NCBI GenBank assembly: GCA_030596125.1
Contig: JAUVKT010000003.1
Coordinates: 108-64,107 of the forward strand
Source: Bacteroidales bacterium
GTDB taxonomy: Bacteria > Bacteroidota > Bacteroidia > Bacteroidales > VadinHA17
Direction: 5' to 3'
DNA: 64,000 nt
Shown: positions 10,277 to 19,554 of the stretch, one piece after another
Position numbering within the stretch: the stretch's first letter is position 1
Layout: every line of letters begins with the position of its first letter
Made by a program: the position numbers and the translations under genes
The notes under the pieces: generated by a model
Databases searched by the model: none
Told to the model about the DNA's origin: nothing
The model's input: the letters and a program-made list of their open reading frames with translations, nothing else

Positions 10277-11528
10277 ATTACGAAAAATTTATGTAATGAA
10301 GTTATATATATACATAGCAGGAATACTGGTAATGCTGGCTGCAACATCACTGTCAGCCCAGGATGACCTGGATAGTTACCTGCGTATTGCAGCTCAGAAT
10401 AATCCAGGGCTAAAAGTAAAATTCAATGAGTATATGGCGGCACTTGAGGTTATACCTCAGGTGGCAGCACTGCCCGACCCGCAGCTGGCATTTGGATACT
10501 TTATTGAGCCGGTACAAACAAGGACCGGGCCACAACAGTTTAAACTATCTGCATCACAGATGTTTCCATGGTTTGGCACTCTGAGAACCCGTGAAAATAT
10601 TGCTTCAGAACTGGCGAAGGCCAGATTTGAATCATTTGAAGAGGCTAAATCCGATCTGTTTCACCAGGTGCGGTCTGCCTGGTACAATATCTGGTTTAAC
10701 AAAAAGGCAATAAATATTACACGAGAAAACATTGAGATACTAAATTCTATTCAACAAATGGTGCTTGTTAAAGTTGAAACAGGAGTTGTATCCCCGGTTG
10801 ACGAATACAGGATCGAAATTGAGATCGGCGATCTCCGGAATCAGATAGCTCTGTTACTTGACCAACAGTATGTTCTGGAGGTTATGTTTAATAATCTTTT
10901 AGGCAGTATTAACAATGGAGCAGTTGCAATTCCTGATTCTATAACTACTTCTGATTTTCACCTGTCAAAGCAGGTTGCACTGGATTCGATTTCAGTTAAC
11001 AACCATCTGTTGCTTGGACTTGATTTGAAGTCTGAAGCCTTACGTTATAAAGCTGAGGAGGCCGGTAAGAACTCAATGCCCGGGTTCAATATTGGATTCG
11101 ATTATTCAATAATCGGTAAAGGAGAAAACAGTCTGTCTGGTTCTGATGCCTTTGTTTTTCCAAGGGTGGGAATAACGGTTCCTCTCTATCGTAAGAAGTA
11201 TAGAGCAATGGTTCAGGAAGTAATCTACCGGCAGGAAGCAAACAGGAGTGAGAAGGAAAACAGGGCTAATATGCTTGAGACACTGTTTGAGAAAGGTTGG
11301 AAAGAGTATACTGATGCCGGGCGCAGGATAGATCTTTATAAACAACAGCTTCAGCTTGCAGACAAGACTCTCGATCTGCTGGTAACAGATTATACAACCG
11401 GTAACACCAATTTTGAGGAGATCCTCAGAATGGAAAAAAAATTGCTCAATTATAATCTTGAACTGGAAAAGGCGGGGTCTGATAAGCAGGTGGCAATTTC
11501 ATTTATCAACTACCTGATGGGTAAATAA
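10266..11528 (+). CDS. TolC-family outer-membrane efflux protein
   Basis: Signal peptide ending in SAQDDL and a two-repeat coiled-coil/beta architecture. It overlaps the pump stop. The alternative start at 10296 (MKLYIY) is equally plausible. Confidence 0.75.
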   Translation: MNVELRKIYVMKLYIYIAGILVMLAATSLSAQDDLDSYLRIAAQNNPGLKVKFNEYMAALEVIPQVAALPDPQLAFGYFIEPVQTRTGPQQFKLSASQMFPWFGTLRTRENIASELAKARFESFEEAKSDLFHQVRSAWYNIWFNKKAINITRENIEILNSIQQMVLVKVETGVVSPVDEYRIEIEIGDLRNQIALLLDQQYVLEVMFNNLLGSINNGAVAIPDSITTSDFHLSKQVALDSISVNNHLLLGLDLKSEALRYKAEEAGKNSMPGFNIGFDYSIIGKGENSLSGSDAFVFPRVGITVPLYRKKYRAMVQEVIYRQEANRSEKENRANMLETLFEKGWKEYTDAGRRIDLYKQQLQLADKTLDLLVTDYTTGNTNFEEILRMEKKLLNYNLELEKAGSDKQVAISFINYLMGK

Positions 11529-11539
11529 ATCAAAGCATT

Positions 11540-12883
11540 ATGAAAAATCTAATAAATAATATTCTGAAAAACTGGATCCTGATAATTGTAGTTATGATGA
11601 CCGGGTTGTTCCTTGGATGGATACTGTTTCATTCTGCAGGTAAAAGTCCTGCACAATTTGCCGAAATTGAAGGCCATGAGGACCATGATCATGAATCAGA
11701 CGATCCACAGCTATGGACCTGTTCAATGCACCCTCAGATCAAACAGAACGAGCCGGGTCAGTGTCTTGTTTGTGCTATGGATCTTATCCCGCTTACCACA
11801 ATGTCAACCGTTGGAGATGATGTTGGTCCTGATGAGATAGTGATGACAGAGTCTGCGGTAAAACTTGCCTCAGTGCAAACTTCAGTTGTAAAAAGTGATA
11901 TTCCTGAAAAGGAGCTTTACCTCCAGGGTAAAGTTCATGTAGATGAAAGGAATATTACAGAGATAACAGCACGGTTCGGAGGCAGGATCGAAGAACTGTT
12001 TGTCAATTTTACAGGACAGAAGGTATCCATGGGCCAGAAACTTGCAACCATATTCTCACCAGATCTTATTTCTGCCCAGCGCGAATTGATTGAAGCGATA
12101 ACACTAAAAGAATCCAGGCCATCACTGTATAATGCAGCATTGGGAAAACTTCGACTCTGGGGTCTCAGCGATGATCAGATCTCTGAGATTGAGGAAAATG
12201 GAGAGCCTAAACTATACTTTGACCTGCTCTCCCCGGCTACAGGTACTGTTACCATGAGGCATATAGCAGCAGGGGACTATGTAAAGGAAGGAGATCAGCT
12301 TTTTAAAGTGATCGATCTGTCACGTTTGTGGGTATTGTTTGATGCTTATGAAAGCGATATTCCATGGATCAGTACCGGTGATAATATTGAATTTACTGTC
12401 CAGTCAATTCCTGGCAGGAAGTTCTCTTCTAAAGTAACCTTTATCGATCCCTTTATTGATGCCACGAAAAGAGTTGCAAAAGTAAGAGTAGAAATTGAAA
12501 ATCCCAGACATATACTTAAACCTGAAATGTTTGCCAGTGGTGTTATCAGATCTGGAGTAACTGCAGGAGGTGATCAGATCATTATTCCTAAATCTGCTGT
12601 TCTGTGGACCGGCAAAAGGTCAGTTGTTTATGTAAAGGTACCCGATAGGGAAGAGCCATCTTTTCTCTACAGGGAGATTGTACTTGGGCCTGATGCAGGA
12701 GATAGCTACGTTGTAGCAAGCGGACTGGAAGAAGGGGAGGAGGTTGTCACAAACGGAGTGTTCAAGGTGGATGCTGCGGCACAGTTAATTGGATTACCAT
12801 CGATGATGAATCCGGAAGGAGAACTTGTTATGACCGGGCATAATCATGAGGAAATGGCAAACGGAGGTATAAAAGATCATTAA
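11540..12883 (+). CDS. RND periplasmic adaptor (CusB-like) with N-terminal heavy-metal-binding domain
   Basis: WTCSMHPQIKQNEPGQCLVCAMDL motif, a His/Asp-rich stretch (HEDHDHESDD) and membrane-fusion-protein lipoyl/beta-barrel segments. Confidence 0.8.
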   Translation: MKNLINNILKNWILIIVVMMTGLFLGWILFHSAGKSPAQFAEIEGHEDHDHESDDPQLWTCSMHPQIKQNEPGQCLVCAMDLIPLTTMSTVGDDVGPDEIVMTESAVKLASVQTSVVKSDIPEKELYLQGKVHVDERNITEITARFGGRIEELFVNFTGQKVSMGQKLATIFSPDLISAQRELIEAITLKESRPSLYNAALGKLRLWGLSDDQISEIEENGEPKLYFDLLSPATGTVTMRHIAAGDYVKEGDQLFKVIDLSRLWVLFDAYESDIPWISTGDNIEFTVQSIPGRKFSSKVTFIDPFIDATKRVAKVRVEIENPRHILKPEMFASGVIRSGVTAGGDQIIIPKSAVLWTGKRSVVYVKVPDREEPSFLYREIVLGPDAGDSYVVASGLEEGEEVVTNGVFKVDAAAQLIGLPSMMNPEGELVMTGHNHEEMANGGIKDH

Positions 12884-12936
12884 AATAAACAACCGATAGT
12901 TTTTTATTGTAGTATTTAACTTAAAATCAATTTATT

Positions 12937-13290
12937 ATGAAAACAAGAGTATTAAGTATTGTAGTTATTATGATTTTGGGAATTACAAGTTTAATGGCCC
13001 AGGATCAGAAGGAAAATGAGTTTTTTGTAGCAGGTGAATGTGGTATGTGTAAAACCAGGATTGAAAAGGCTGCAAATACAGTTGAGGGTGTAGCAGAAGC
13101 ATCATGGGATAAAGAGACAAAGATGCTTGAAGTTGCTTTCTGTTGCACAAAGCCTGATATTAAAGCGATTCACAAGGCAATAGCAGAAGTGGGTCATGAC
13201 ACAAAGATCGTTAAAGCAGAAGATGCAGCATACGATAAGCTTCCTGCATGTTGCAAGTATGAAAGGCTTGATTATAAGAAGGTAAAATAA
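12937..13290 (+). CDS. Secreted heavy-metal-associated (HMA) domain protein
   Basis: Signal peptide, then ECGMCKTRIEKA (GMxCxxC-type) and a C-terminal CC motif. Confidence 0.75.
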   Translation: MKTRVLSIVVIMILGITSLMAQDQKENEFFVAGECGMCKTRIEKAANTVEGVAEASWDKETKMLEVAFCCTKPDIKAIHKAIAEVGHDTKIVKAEDAAYDKLPACCKYERLDYKKVK

Positions 13291-13298
13291 TTATTCTT

Positions 13299-13454
13299 TC
13301 AATAATGAAGGATGCCGGTATTATTAAGTACCGGCATTTTTTTAATGATGACACGATTTGTTATCCCTGACTCTTTGTGCATCTCTTCTGTTTTTGTGAA
13401 CCCGCATTCAGGGCAGGTTATATCAGAAATTGTTATGTAACTTAAATTTTTCAT
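13299..13454 (-). pseudogene. Possible remnant of a GDCCVxC-family small metal-binding protein
   Basis: My own translation gives a 51-codon ORF, MKNLSYITISDITCPECGFTKTEEM.... The N-terminus resembles that family, but the Cys-rich C-terminal half is absent and the ORF runs through a terminator hairpin. Confidence 0.3.
13313..13343 (+). terminator. Rho-independent terminator after the HMA gene
   Basis: Stem TGCCGGTA/TACCGGCA followed by T7. Confidence 0.7.
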
Positions 13455-13501
13455 CGCCTATAATTTATTTCTTATTATTAGTTCATATTCATATTTCTAA
13501 A

Positions 13502-15445
13502 TCATACAAGGTTAACATCTGTAATGATTTCCAGAAGTGCTGTGCCTTTATGGTTTATCACTTTTTTCATTCCCTCTTCCAGAGCATCCCGGTTTTCAGC
13601 CTTTATTCCCAGTGCACCACAACCATTTGCGAAACCGGCAAAATCAGGATTATGCATGTCGGTTGCGAAAACCTTAAAGCCTCCCGACCGTTGTTCCTTG
13701 GATATTTTGCCAAGTTCGGAGTTATTAAGAATAACCAGTTTGATATCCATTCCATATTTAACTGAAGTGGTCAGTTCAGCCATATACTGAGCAAATCCAC
13801 CATCACCAGCTACCGCAATAATCTGGCGTTTACCTCTTGTTGCGCTCCATGCACCCAGTGCGGCAGGCAAGGCGAATCCTATTGAGCCAAGGTAACCCGA
13901 TAACAGAAAGTTATGATTACGGCACTCAAAATACCTTCCCAGAGCATATGCATTATTGCCAACATCCACGCAGATTACAGCATTATCATCTGCTGTTCGG
14001 GAGAGAGTCTCCAGTACTGCAATCGCGCTCAAACCATTACCATTATCCTCAAGCAGCCTTTTCTGTTTCTCATTTCTCCAGATTTTCCAACGTTTCGCAA
14101 TCTCCGGTCGTTGATCAACTGTTTTTGCCCTGTATTTCAATCTGTCATGCATTAACGAAATTGTAACTCCTATTTCACTCCATACCGGCACGTTCAGAGC
14201 ATGAAACTTACTCAGCGCCAAAGGATCAAAATCGACCTGTATTGTTGGTTTTTTTGACGTAATACCTGTGTGGTGGCTAAAAGATGCTCCCAGTACTATT
14301 AACAGGTCACTCTCATTCATAAACCATGATGCTACAGGTGTTCCGCTGCGTCCAAGTACTCCTGCTGCCAGGGGGTGAAGATCGGATATAATACCTTTGC
14401 CCTTAAAGGTTGTTAAAACCGGAGCATTAAGCATTTCTGCAAAACCTGTAATTACTTCCATATTAAAGCGTGCACCATGACCGGCTATTATTACGGGCCT
14501 TTTGGATCTGGCAATAAGTTTAACTGATTTATCCATACTCTCAGCTGAAGGGGCAATTTTCAGATCAGCCATACGGCCTTCTGACGACTGTGCAACAGCC
14601 TCACCAGCTGGTATTGTCTGCACTTCATCCGGGAAAGTTAGATGAGAAACATCCCTTTTAAGTAAAGCATGTTTAATGGCAAGACTCATCAATTCTGAAT
14701 GCTTACTGTCTTGCTGTACCCGATGGTTAAACTGAGCCACTGATCCAAAAGCCTGAACCAGGTCTACTTCCTGAAAGTTGCCTGTACCAACTACCTGGGT
14801 GGCAACCTGACCTGTAAGTGCCAGCAGGGGTGAGCGATCGACTTTTGCATCCCATAGTCCGGTGTACATATTTGTAGCACCCGGACCTGCAATCGAGAAA
14901 CATGCTGCCGGTCGACTGGTAAGTTTTCCGTAAGCACTGGCAGCAAAGGCACCTGCGCCTTCATGCCTGATTGTGATAAACTTGATTTTTCCCTTATCTT
15001 CAAGTCTGTGCAGGGCATCTGCAAAACCCAGGTTGGAATGGCCAACCATACCGAATACTGTGTCAATTCCCCAGTTTACCATTGTTTCGGCCATAATATC
15101 CGAGACAGTTGTTTCATGAGGCTCTTCCTCAAGTACGCCAACATATATACCATCGTTACGCTCCTCTACCGGATAATCATCAACACCATCGTCAAATCCG
15201 GGTGCCTTACCACTGCAAGGATGAAAATCCCATCCATGCCATGGGCATCGTAATATTCCGTTTTCTATACTTCCTTCACCCAGCGGTCCTCTCTGGTGGG
15301 GACAATGATTATCAATTGCACAGATCTTTCCTTCAAAATGAGACAGTGCAATCTGTTTTTCTCCTGCATTTACAGTTATTACACGACCTTCGATAAGGTC
15401 ACTCTTGCTCTGAAGAACTTTGTACCATAACAGCCTGTTATCCAT
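13502..15445 (-). CDS. Rieske [2Fe-2S] domain fused to a PoxB/acetolactate-synthase-family TPP/FAD enzyme
   Basis: 647 aa. The N-terminus carries CPHQRGPL...CPWHGW (Rieske ligands). The rest aligns by eye with pyruvate oxidase-type TPP enzymes (GxGNFQE, GDGGF TPP motif). Confidence 0.75.
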   Translation of the reverse strand: MDNRLLWYKVLQSKSDLIEGRVITVNAGEKQIALSHFEGKICAIDNHCPHQRGPLGEGSIENGILRCPWHGWDFHPCSGKAPGFDDGVDDYPVEERNDGIYVGVLEEEPHETTVSDIMAETMVNWGIDTVFGMVGHSNLGFADALHRLEDKGKIKFITIRHEGAGAFAASAYGKLTSRPAACFSIAGPGATNMYTGLWDAKVDRSPLLALTGQVATQVVGTGNFQEVDLVQAFGSVAQFNHRVQQDSKHSELMSLAIKHALLKRDVSHLTFPDEVQTIPAGEAVAQSSEGRMADLKIAPSAESMDKSVKLIARSKRPVIIAGHGARFNMEVITGFAEMLNAPVLTTFKGKGIISDLHPLAAGVLGRSGTPVASWFMNESDLLIVLGASFSHHTGITSKKPTIQVDFDPLALSKFHALNVPVWSEIGVTISLMHDRLKYRAKTVDQRPEIAKRWKIWRNEKQKRLLEDNGNGLSAIAVLETLSRTADDNAVICVDVGNNAYALGRYFECRNHNFLLSGYLGSIGFALPAALGAWSATRGKRQIIAVAGDGGFAQYMAELTTSVKYGMDIKLVILNNSELGKISKEQRSGGFKVFATDMHNPDFAGFANGCGALGIKAENRDALEEGMKKVINHKGTALLEIITDVNLV

Positions 15446-15451
15446 ATGTTT

Positions 15452-16312
15452 CTATTTAACTATTTGAGTTAATATCTCTATCCCTGAGGTAAAAAATGAC
15501 ATTACTTTATCATATTGCTTTTCCGATATCTCCGTATTAACAATATCAGAATGTTTTAGTATACCGCCATTCCATCCTGAAGTGATCCATTCGCCGGCAT
15601 CCGGTGAAGGCAGTTCACTCATATTTATACTTTCATGTTCTGCCCACCAGCTTAAATAAAAGTAGGGTTCATCTACCATGTTGTCCGGAATTGCCCAACC
15701 AATGCTGATAGATTTTGAAACACTGCCTTTATTGTCGGATTTTAATGGAAAAAAAGAACCGGTATCAAAGTGGTGAGGCCATATTCCAACAGGTTCAGAT
15801 TTAGTAAACCCGCCAGCGATCTCTTTTACAATGATATCGGCATTATGCCTGGAGAGTGCATTTTCAATGAAAAAATCTTTATCAGCCAATGAAAATGCAG
15901 CACCCCTGTTCAATGCATGATATGGCATCTCATAGTGCATCTTATTCTTGAGTTTTGTAACATCAATTCCTGTTCTTGCAAGGGCATTCTTTAATTCATC
16001 AAAAACCTGTTGTTGTGTTTTTCCTTCTATGGCAATTATATATTTGCAGCTGTTTCCATTATCGATCATACAGATAAACATATCTGATAAATGCAGGGCT
16101 ACACGCAAATCGTTTGACAGTATTTTTCCGGCGAGTATATTATACCCACTAATATACTGCATATTAGTATTACTGTCGTCATCCTGTTGTGGCAACAAAT
16201 GTCGTCCTGTGAGGGCTATATACTGTGCAGCATTATGTTGAATCTGAAGAGCTTCTCTCATATCACTATCAAAATTGAGAGCGATCTTACCCCATAAATT
16301 GTTATTTGTCAT
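15452..16312 (-). CDS. Hypothetical protein
   Basis: 286-aa ORF with good coding character, tightly spaced with the Rieske-TPP gene (6 nt). No family recognised with confidence. Confidence 0.5.
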   Translation of the reverse strand: MTNNNLWGKIALNFDSDMREALQIQHNAAQYIALTGRHLLPQQDDDSNTNMQYISGYNILAGKILSNDLRVALHLSDMFICMIDNGNSCKYIIAIEGKTQQQVFDELKNALARTGIDVTKLKNKMHYEMPYHALNRGAAFSLADKDFFIENALSRHNADIIVKEIAGGFTKSEPVGIWPHHFDTGSFFPLKSDNKGSVSKSISIGWAIPDNMVDEPYFYLSWWAEHESINMSELPSPDAGEWITSGWNGGILKHSDIVNTEISEKQYDKVMSFFTSGIEILTQIVK

Positions 16313-16336
16313 TCGTATTAAATTATTGTTTGTGTT

Positions 16337-16471
16337 CTATATTGCAATGTTAAGAGGATCACCAGTTTCTACCGGATTTTCAGGGTCATTGCTCCATTCC
16401 ATCCACCCACCGTCATAGACCGATACTCTGGGCCATCCCATCAGAAACCCTCCCTGTCTGCAGTTTTTATG
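16337..16471 (-). pseudogene. C-terminal remnant of a rhodanese-type sulfurtransferase
   Basis: My own translation gives ..NCRQGGFLMGWPRVSVYDGGWMEWSNDPENPVETG*. YDGxWxEW is the hallmark rhodanese C-terminus. There are stops just upstream and no usable start. Confidence 0.45.
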
Positions 16472-16523
16472 CTAATTTCCTGCGTAGTGAGTTCAGTTAG
16501 CCTGTTATTCATACTTCCTGATT

Positions 16524-16805
16524 TTATTTTATGATATCCACACCCTTCCAGAAAGCTATATAACCCTTTATACCATCAGCAAGAGATGAAGGGGAGGGGT
16601 AATACCATGCAGCGTCCTTATTGACATTTCCATTCACTATTATATCAAAATAGGAGGCGGTTCCTTTCCAGTGACAAACTGAATGTGTTTCAGTAGTTTT
16701 AAGATATTTCTGATTTACCGATTCAGGTGGAAAATATTGATTTCCTTCAACATTGATAGTATCATCACTTTCGGCTATAGTTATTCCGTTCCATATTGCT
16801 TTCAT
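16524..16805 (-). CDS. DUF427 domain protein
   Basis: 93 aa. The pattern WNGxxIAES...VEGNxYFP...HxxCxWKGxAxYxD is typical of DUF427. Confidence 0.7.
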   Translation of the reverse strand: MKAIWNGITIAESDDTINVEGNQYFPPESVNQKYLKTTETHSVCHWKGTASYFDIIVNGNVNKDAAWYYPSPSSLADGIKGYIAFWKGVDIIK

Positions 16806-16860
16806 TTTTTTGCATTGTTAGTGTTGATTTCAGAATACCGATAATTAATTATTTAATAAG

Positions 16861-17823
16861 TCACCTCTTTACCCAGAGGGAATCAATAAAATATCCCCGG
16901 CTGTCAGTAAAGTTCTTTTCTACTTTGAAATCATGCTCCTCAGCCAGAGTGCGTATATTTTCAGTATTAAACTTTCGTGATCTCTCCATAAAGATAGGTT
17001 CCCATTTAATAAGGCGGATTACAGTTTCAAGGTATGAAAGGTGAACCACCTGGTCTGACCTCGATACCAGATAGCTTTTAACATCCCCCGACTCCGGATC
17101 ATATTCTGAGTGGTGCTCAAATTCAGAGAGGTTAAAATCTGCTCCAAGTTCCCGATTGAGCCTTCTCAACTGGTTCAGATTAAAATCACGGGTATGTCCA
17201 TGAGGGTCATTATAGGCATTCATAATTATCTCAGGTGATTTTTTAAGGTCAAAGCCTATCATAATTCTGTCTCCGGATTCAGTAATATTACCTATTTTAC
17301 TCATAAAATGATTAGTCTCCTTATCTGAAAAATTGCCAATATTTGCACCGAGGAACAGTATCACCTTTCGGTTTAAAGTCATCTCTTTCAGTTCATCAAG
17401 TACTTCGAAATAGTCTCCAATCAGGGGATGTACATTTAAAGATGGATAAATCTCATTTAGCTCCTTTTCCAGATCATCGGTCACCTGGCTGCTTATATCA
17501 ACAGGAAAGTACCTGAAGTCTGATTTGAGTTTAGCAAGATGTTCTATCAGTACCATAGACTTTGTACCGTCTCCTGAACCAAGTTCCACCAGGTCAAACG
17601 GATCATTTTTATCTCTCAGATAAGACGAGATATCATCTCTCTCAGTCATAAGTATTTCATATTCGCAGTTGGTAAGGTAATACTCCGGCATCTGCATAAT
17701 CTTCTGGAATATCCGGCTGCCCCTGTCGTCGTAGAAATACCTTGGTAAAAGATACTTGGGCGATGATGTTAACCCTTTCAGGGTATCAGAAGCAATTGCG
17801 GACATAAGTGCTGTCTGTTCCAT
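16861..17823 (-). CDS. egtD: L-histidine N-alpha-methyltransferase (ergothioneine biosynthesis)
   Basis: 320 aa. PKYLLPRYFYDDRGSRIFQKI, ELGSGDG and the C-terminal half are typical of EgtD. It lies 2 nt downstream of egtB. Confidence 0.8.
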   Translation of the reverse strand: MEQTALMSAIASDTLKGLTSSPKYLLPRYFYDDRGSRIFQKIMQMPEYYLTNCEYEILMTERDDISSYLRDKNDPFDLVELGSGDGTKSMVLIEHLAKLKSDFRYFPVDISSQVTDDLEKELNEIYPSLNVHPLIGDYFEVLDELKEMTLNRKVILFLGANIGNFSDKETNHFMSKIGNITESGDRIMIGFDLKKSPEIIMNAYNDPHGHTRDFNLNQLRRLNRELGADFNLSEFEHHSEYDPESGDVKSYLVSRSDQVVHLSYLETVIRLIKWEPIFMERSRKFNTENIRTLAEEHDFKVEKNFTDSRGYFIDSLWVKR

Positions 17824-17825
17824 TA

Positions 17826-18998
17826 CTAAATTGATTTTACAAGTCTGATACCATTGAACTGATATCCGATATGAGGATGAAAAAAGTTACGATAAGTTTT
17901 GCGGCTATGGTTTGGCGGTGTTACAACAGAAGCACCCCTTAAAACTTTCTGATTTACCATAAATTTACCGTTATATTCACCAACTGTACCTTTAGCCATT
18001 TTGTAGCCCGGGTAGGGGAGATAAGCACTTTCAGTCCATTCCCAGCGCTTTCCCCGATTAATATTATCTGCAGCAGCTTCCCATTCAAATTCCGTAGGGA
18101 GGCGCATACCCCGCCATCTTGCGTAGGCATATGCTTCGTAGTAGCTTATGTGGGTAAGTATGTTTTCGGGTTGTAATACCCTGAGACCGGCAAGTGTAAA
18201 CTGATTCCATTTCCCATCGATCAGATGCCAGTACATGGGGTGATGAACACTGTTCTCCCTTGTCCATGCAAGAGCCTCATCGTGCCAGAATTCGAATCTT
18301 TTATAACCTCCGTCTTCAATAAACTCCAGGTATTCACCATTAGTAACCAGCCTGTTACTTATTTCATATTCACCAAGGAAAACTTTATGTCTGCTCAGCT
18401 CATTATCAAAGCGGAACCCTTTTCCGCTGTGACCAATATGGCGGATGCCTTCTTTAACCCTGATAAAAGATTCATTATCGTCATTTGTGTCTTCAACAAG
18501 GGCTCTGTCAGAGTATGCCGGGAAGATGGGATTAACACTGAAAGTATACTTAATATCAGTAAAAAATAGCTCCTGGTGCTGTTGTTCGTGGTTAATTCCA
18601 ATGGTTACTATTTCAGAAACCTCCTCTGAAATTTCTTCTGACATTTCTTCTGACATAAGCTCCTTCATATGTTTGTCAACATATTCCCTGTATTGAAATA
18701 CCTCATCAACTGTAGGTCTGCTCAGGTCACCCCTTGATTGCCGGAGCGTTCTATCTCCAACCGAATTGTAATAGCTATTAAAGAGAAATCCATACCCTTT
18801 TTTAAACTCTTTGTAACCGGGTTTGAATTTCTTGAGAACCAGCTCTTCAAAAAACCATGTAGTGTGTCCAAGTACCCACCTGGGCGGACTGACAAATGGG
18901 ACTGGTTGAGGGATATAGTCCTCAATATGAAGAGGTTTAACCATATCCCTTGATGCATTCCTGGTTACAAAATACAAGTCAATAAAATTTGTTACCAT
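17826..18998 (-). CDS. egtB: Ergothioneine sulfoxide synthase EgtB (DinB-like plus FGE-sulfatase domains)
   Basis: HTTWFFE, INHEQQHQEL and a C-terminal FGE-type domain (RGASVVTP..RNFF). Start trimmed to the ATG at 18998. Confidence 0.75.
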   Translation of the reverse strand: MVTNFIDLYFVTRNASRDMVKPLHIEDYIPQPVPFVSPPRWVLGHTTWFFEELVLKKFKPGYKEFKKGYGFLFNSYYNSVGDRTLRQSRGDLSRPTVDEVFQYREYVDKHMKELMSEEMSEEISEEVSEIVTIGINHEQQHQELFFTDIKYTFSVNPIFPAYSDRALVEDTNDDNESFIRVKEGIRHIGHSGKGFRFDNELSRHKVFLGEYEISNRLVTNGEYLEFIEDGGYKRFEFWHDEALAWTRENSVHHPMYWHLIDGKWNQFTLAGLRVLQPENILTHISYYEAYAYARWRGMRLPTEFEWEAAADNINRGKRWEWTESAYLPYPGYKMAKGTVGEYNGKFMVNQKVLRGASVVTPPNHSRKTYRNFFHPHIGYQFNGIRLVKSI

Positions 18999-19139
18999 TT
19001 TAGTATTTTTAGTACGTTTCAAGTCATTTAATTTGAATAATGGTCTCAATAGGAAAACATATATTACATTATAATGTTCGGTTGTTGGAAGATCCTGACA
19101 CAAGGAATGTAATAAATATGAAACTTATCCGGGCCAAAA

Positions 19140-19409
19140 TATTCTGATTATTTTTTATTTTAATAAGTAGTCGGATAGTTTATGAAACCTGACACTCGTA
19201 AAGTGATTTATCTTACTTTTTTATATTTTTTTAAGATCGTCTCTCATATTCGTAATTATGCGAACAAGGATGATAATAATATTATAGATGGAATACTAAA
19301 ACACTGAATAAAGTAAAAAACAGTTTTCTTCACCGAAGTTATAAGGGTAATTAATAACAAGGATATATCTTCCGGATAGTCAGATTAGCACTGAATTAAT
19401 AATATGATA
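19140..19409 (+). repeat. Composite repeat copy 1 (module A ~95 bp plus module B ~175 bp)
   Basis: Near-identical by eye to 26248-26519. Module B begins with a 37 bp copy of the arsR start codon plus operator (TTAAGATCGTCTCTCAT-TTCGTAATTATGCGAACAA). Confidence 0.9.
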
Positions 19410-19554
19410 ACCTTATGTTAACATTAAGGATTACAATATTGTATATTTTTACCCTGGCTGAGAATTTGTACTGACTTAATAAGCTTAATATAAGGTAATT
19501 AGTTTCTTTTCTGTAACTTAGATTTGTGATTTTTATTAATAATTTATCTTTATT

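Noticed and set aside
19190-19300. Short ORF starting ATGAAAC inside repeat module A
   Set aside because: The three copies differ by indels that change the reading frame and the stop position, so a conserved peptide is unlikely.
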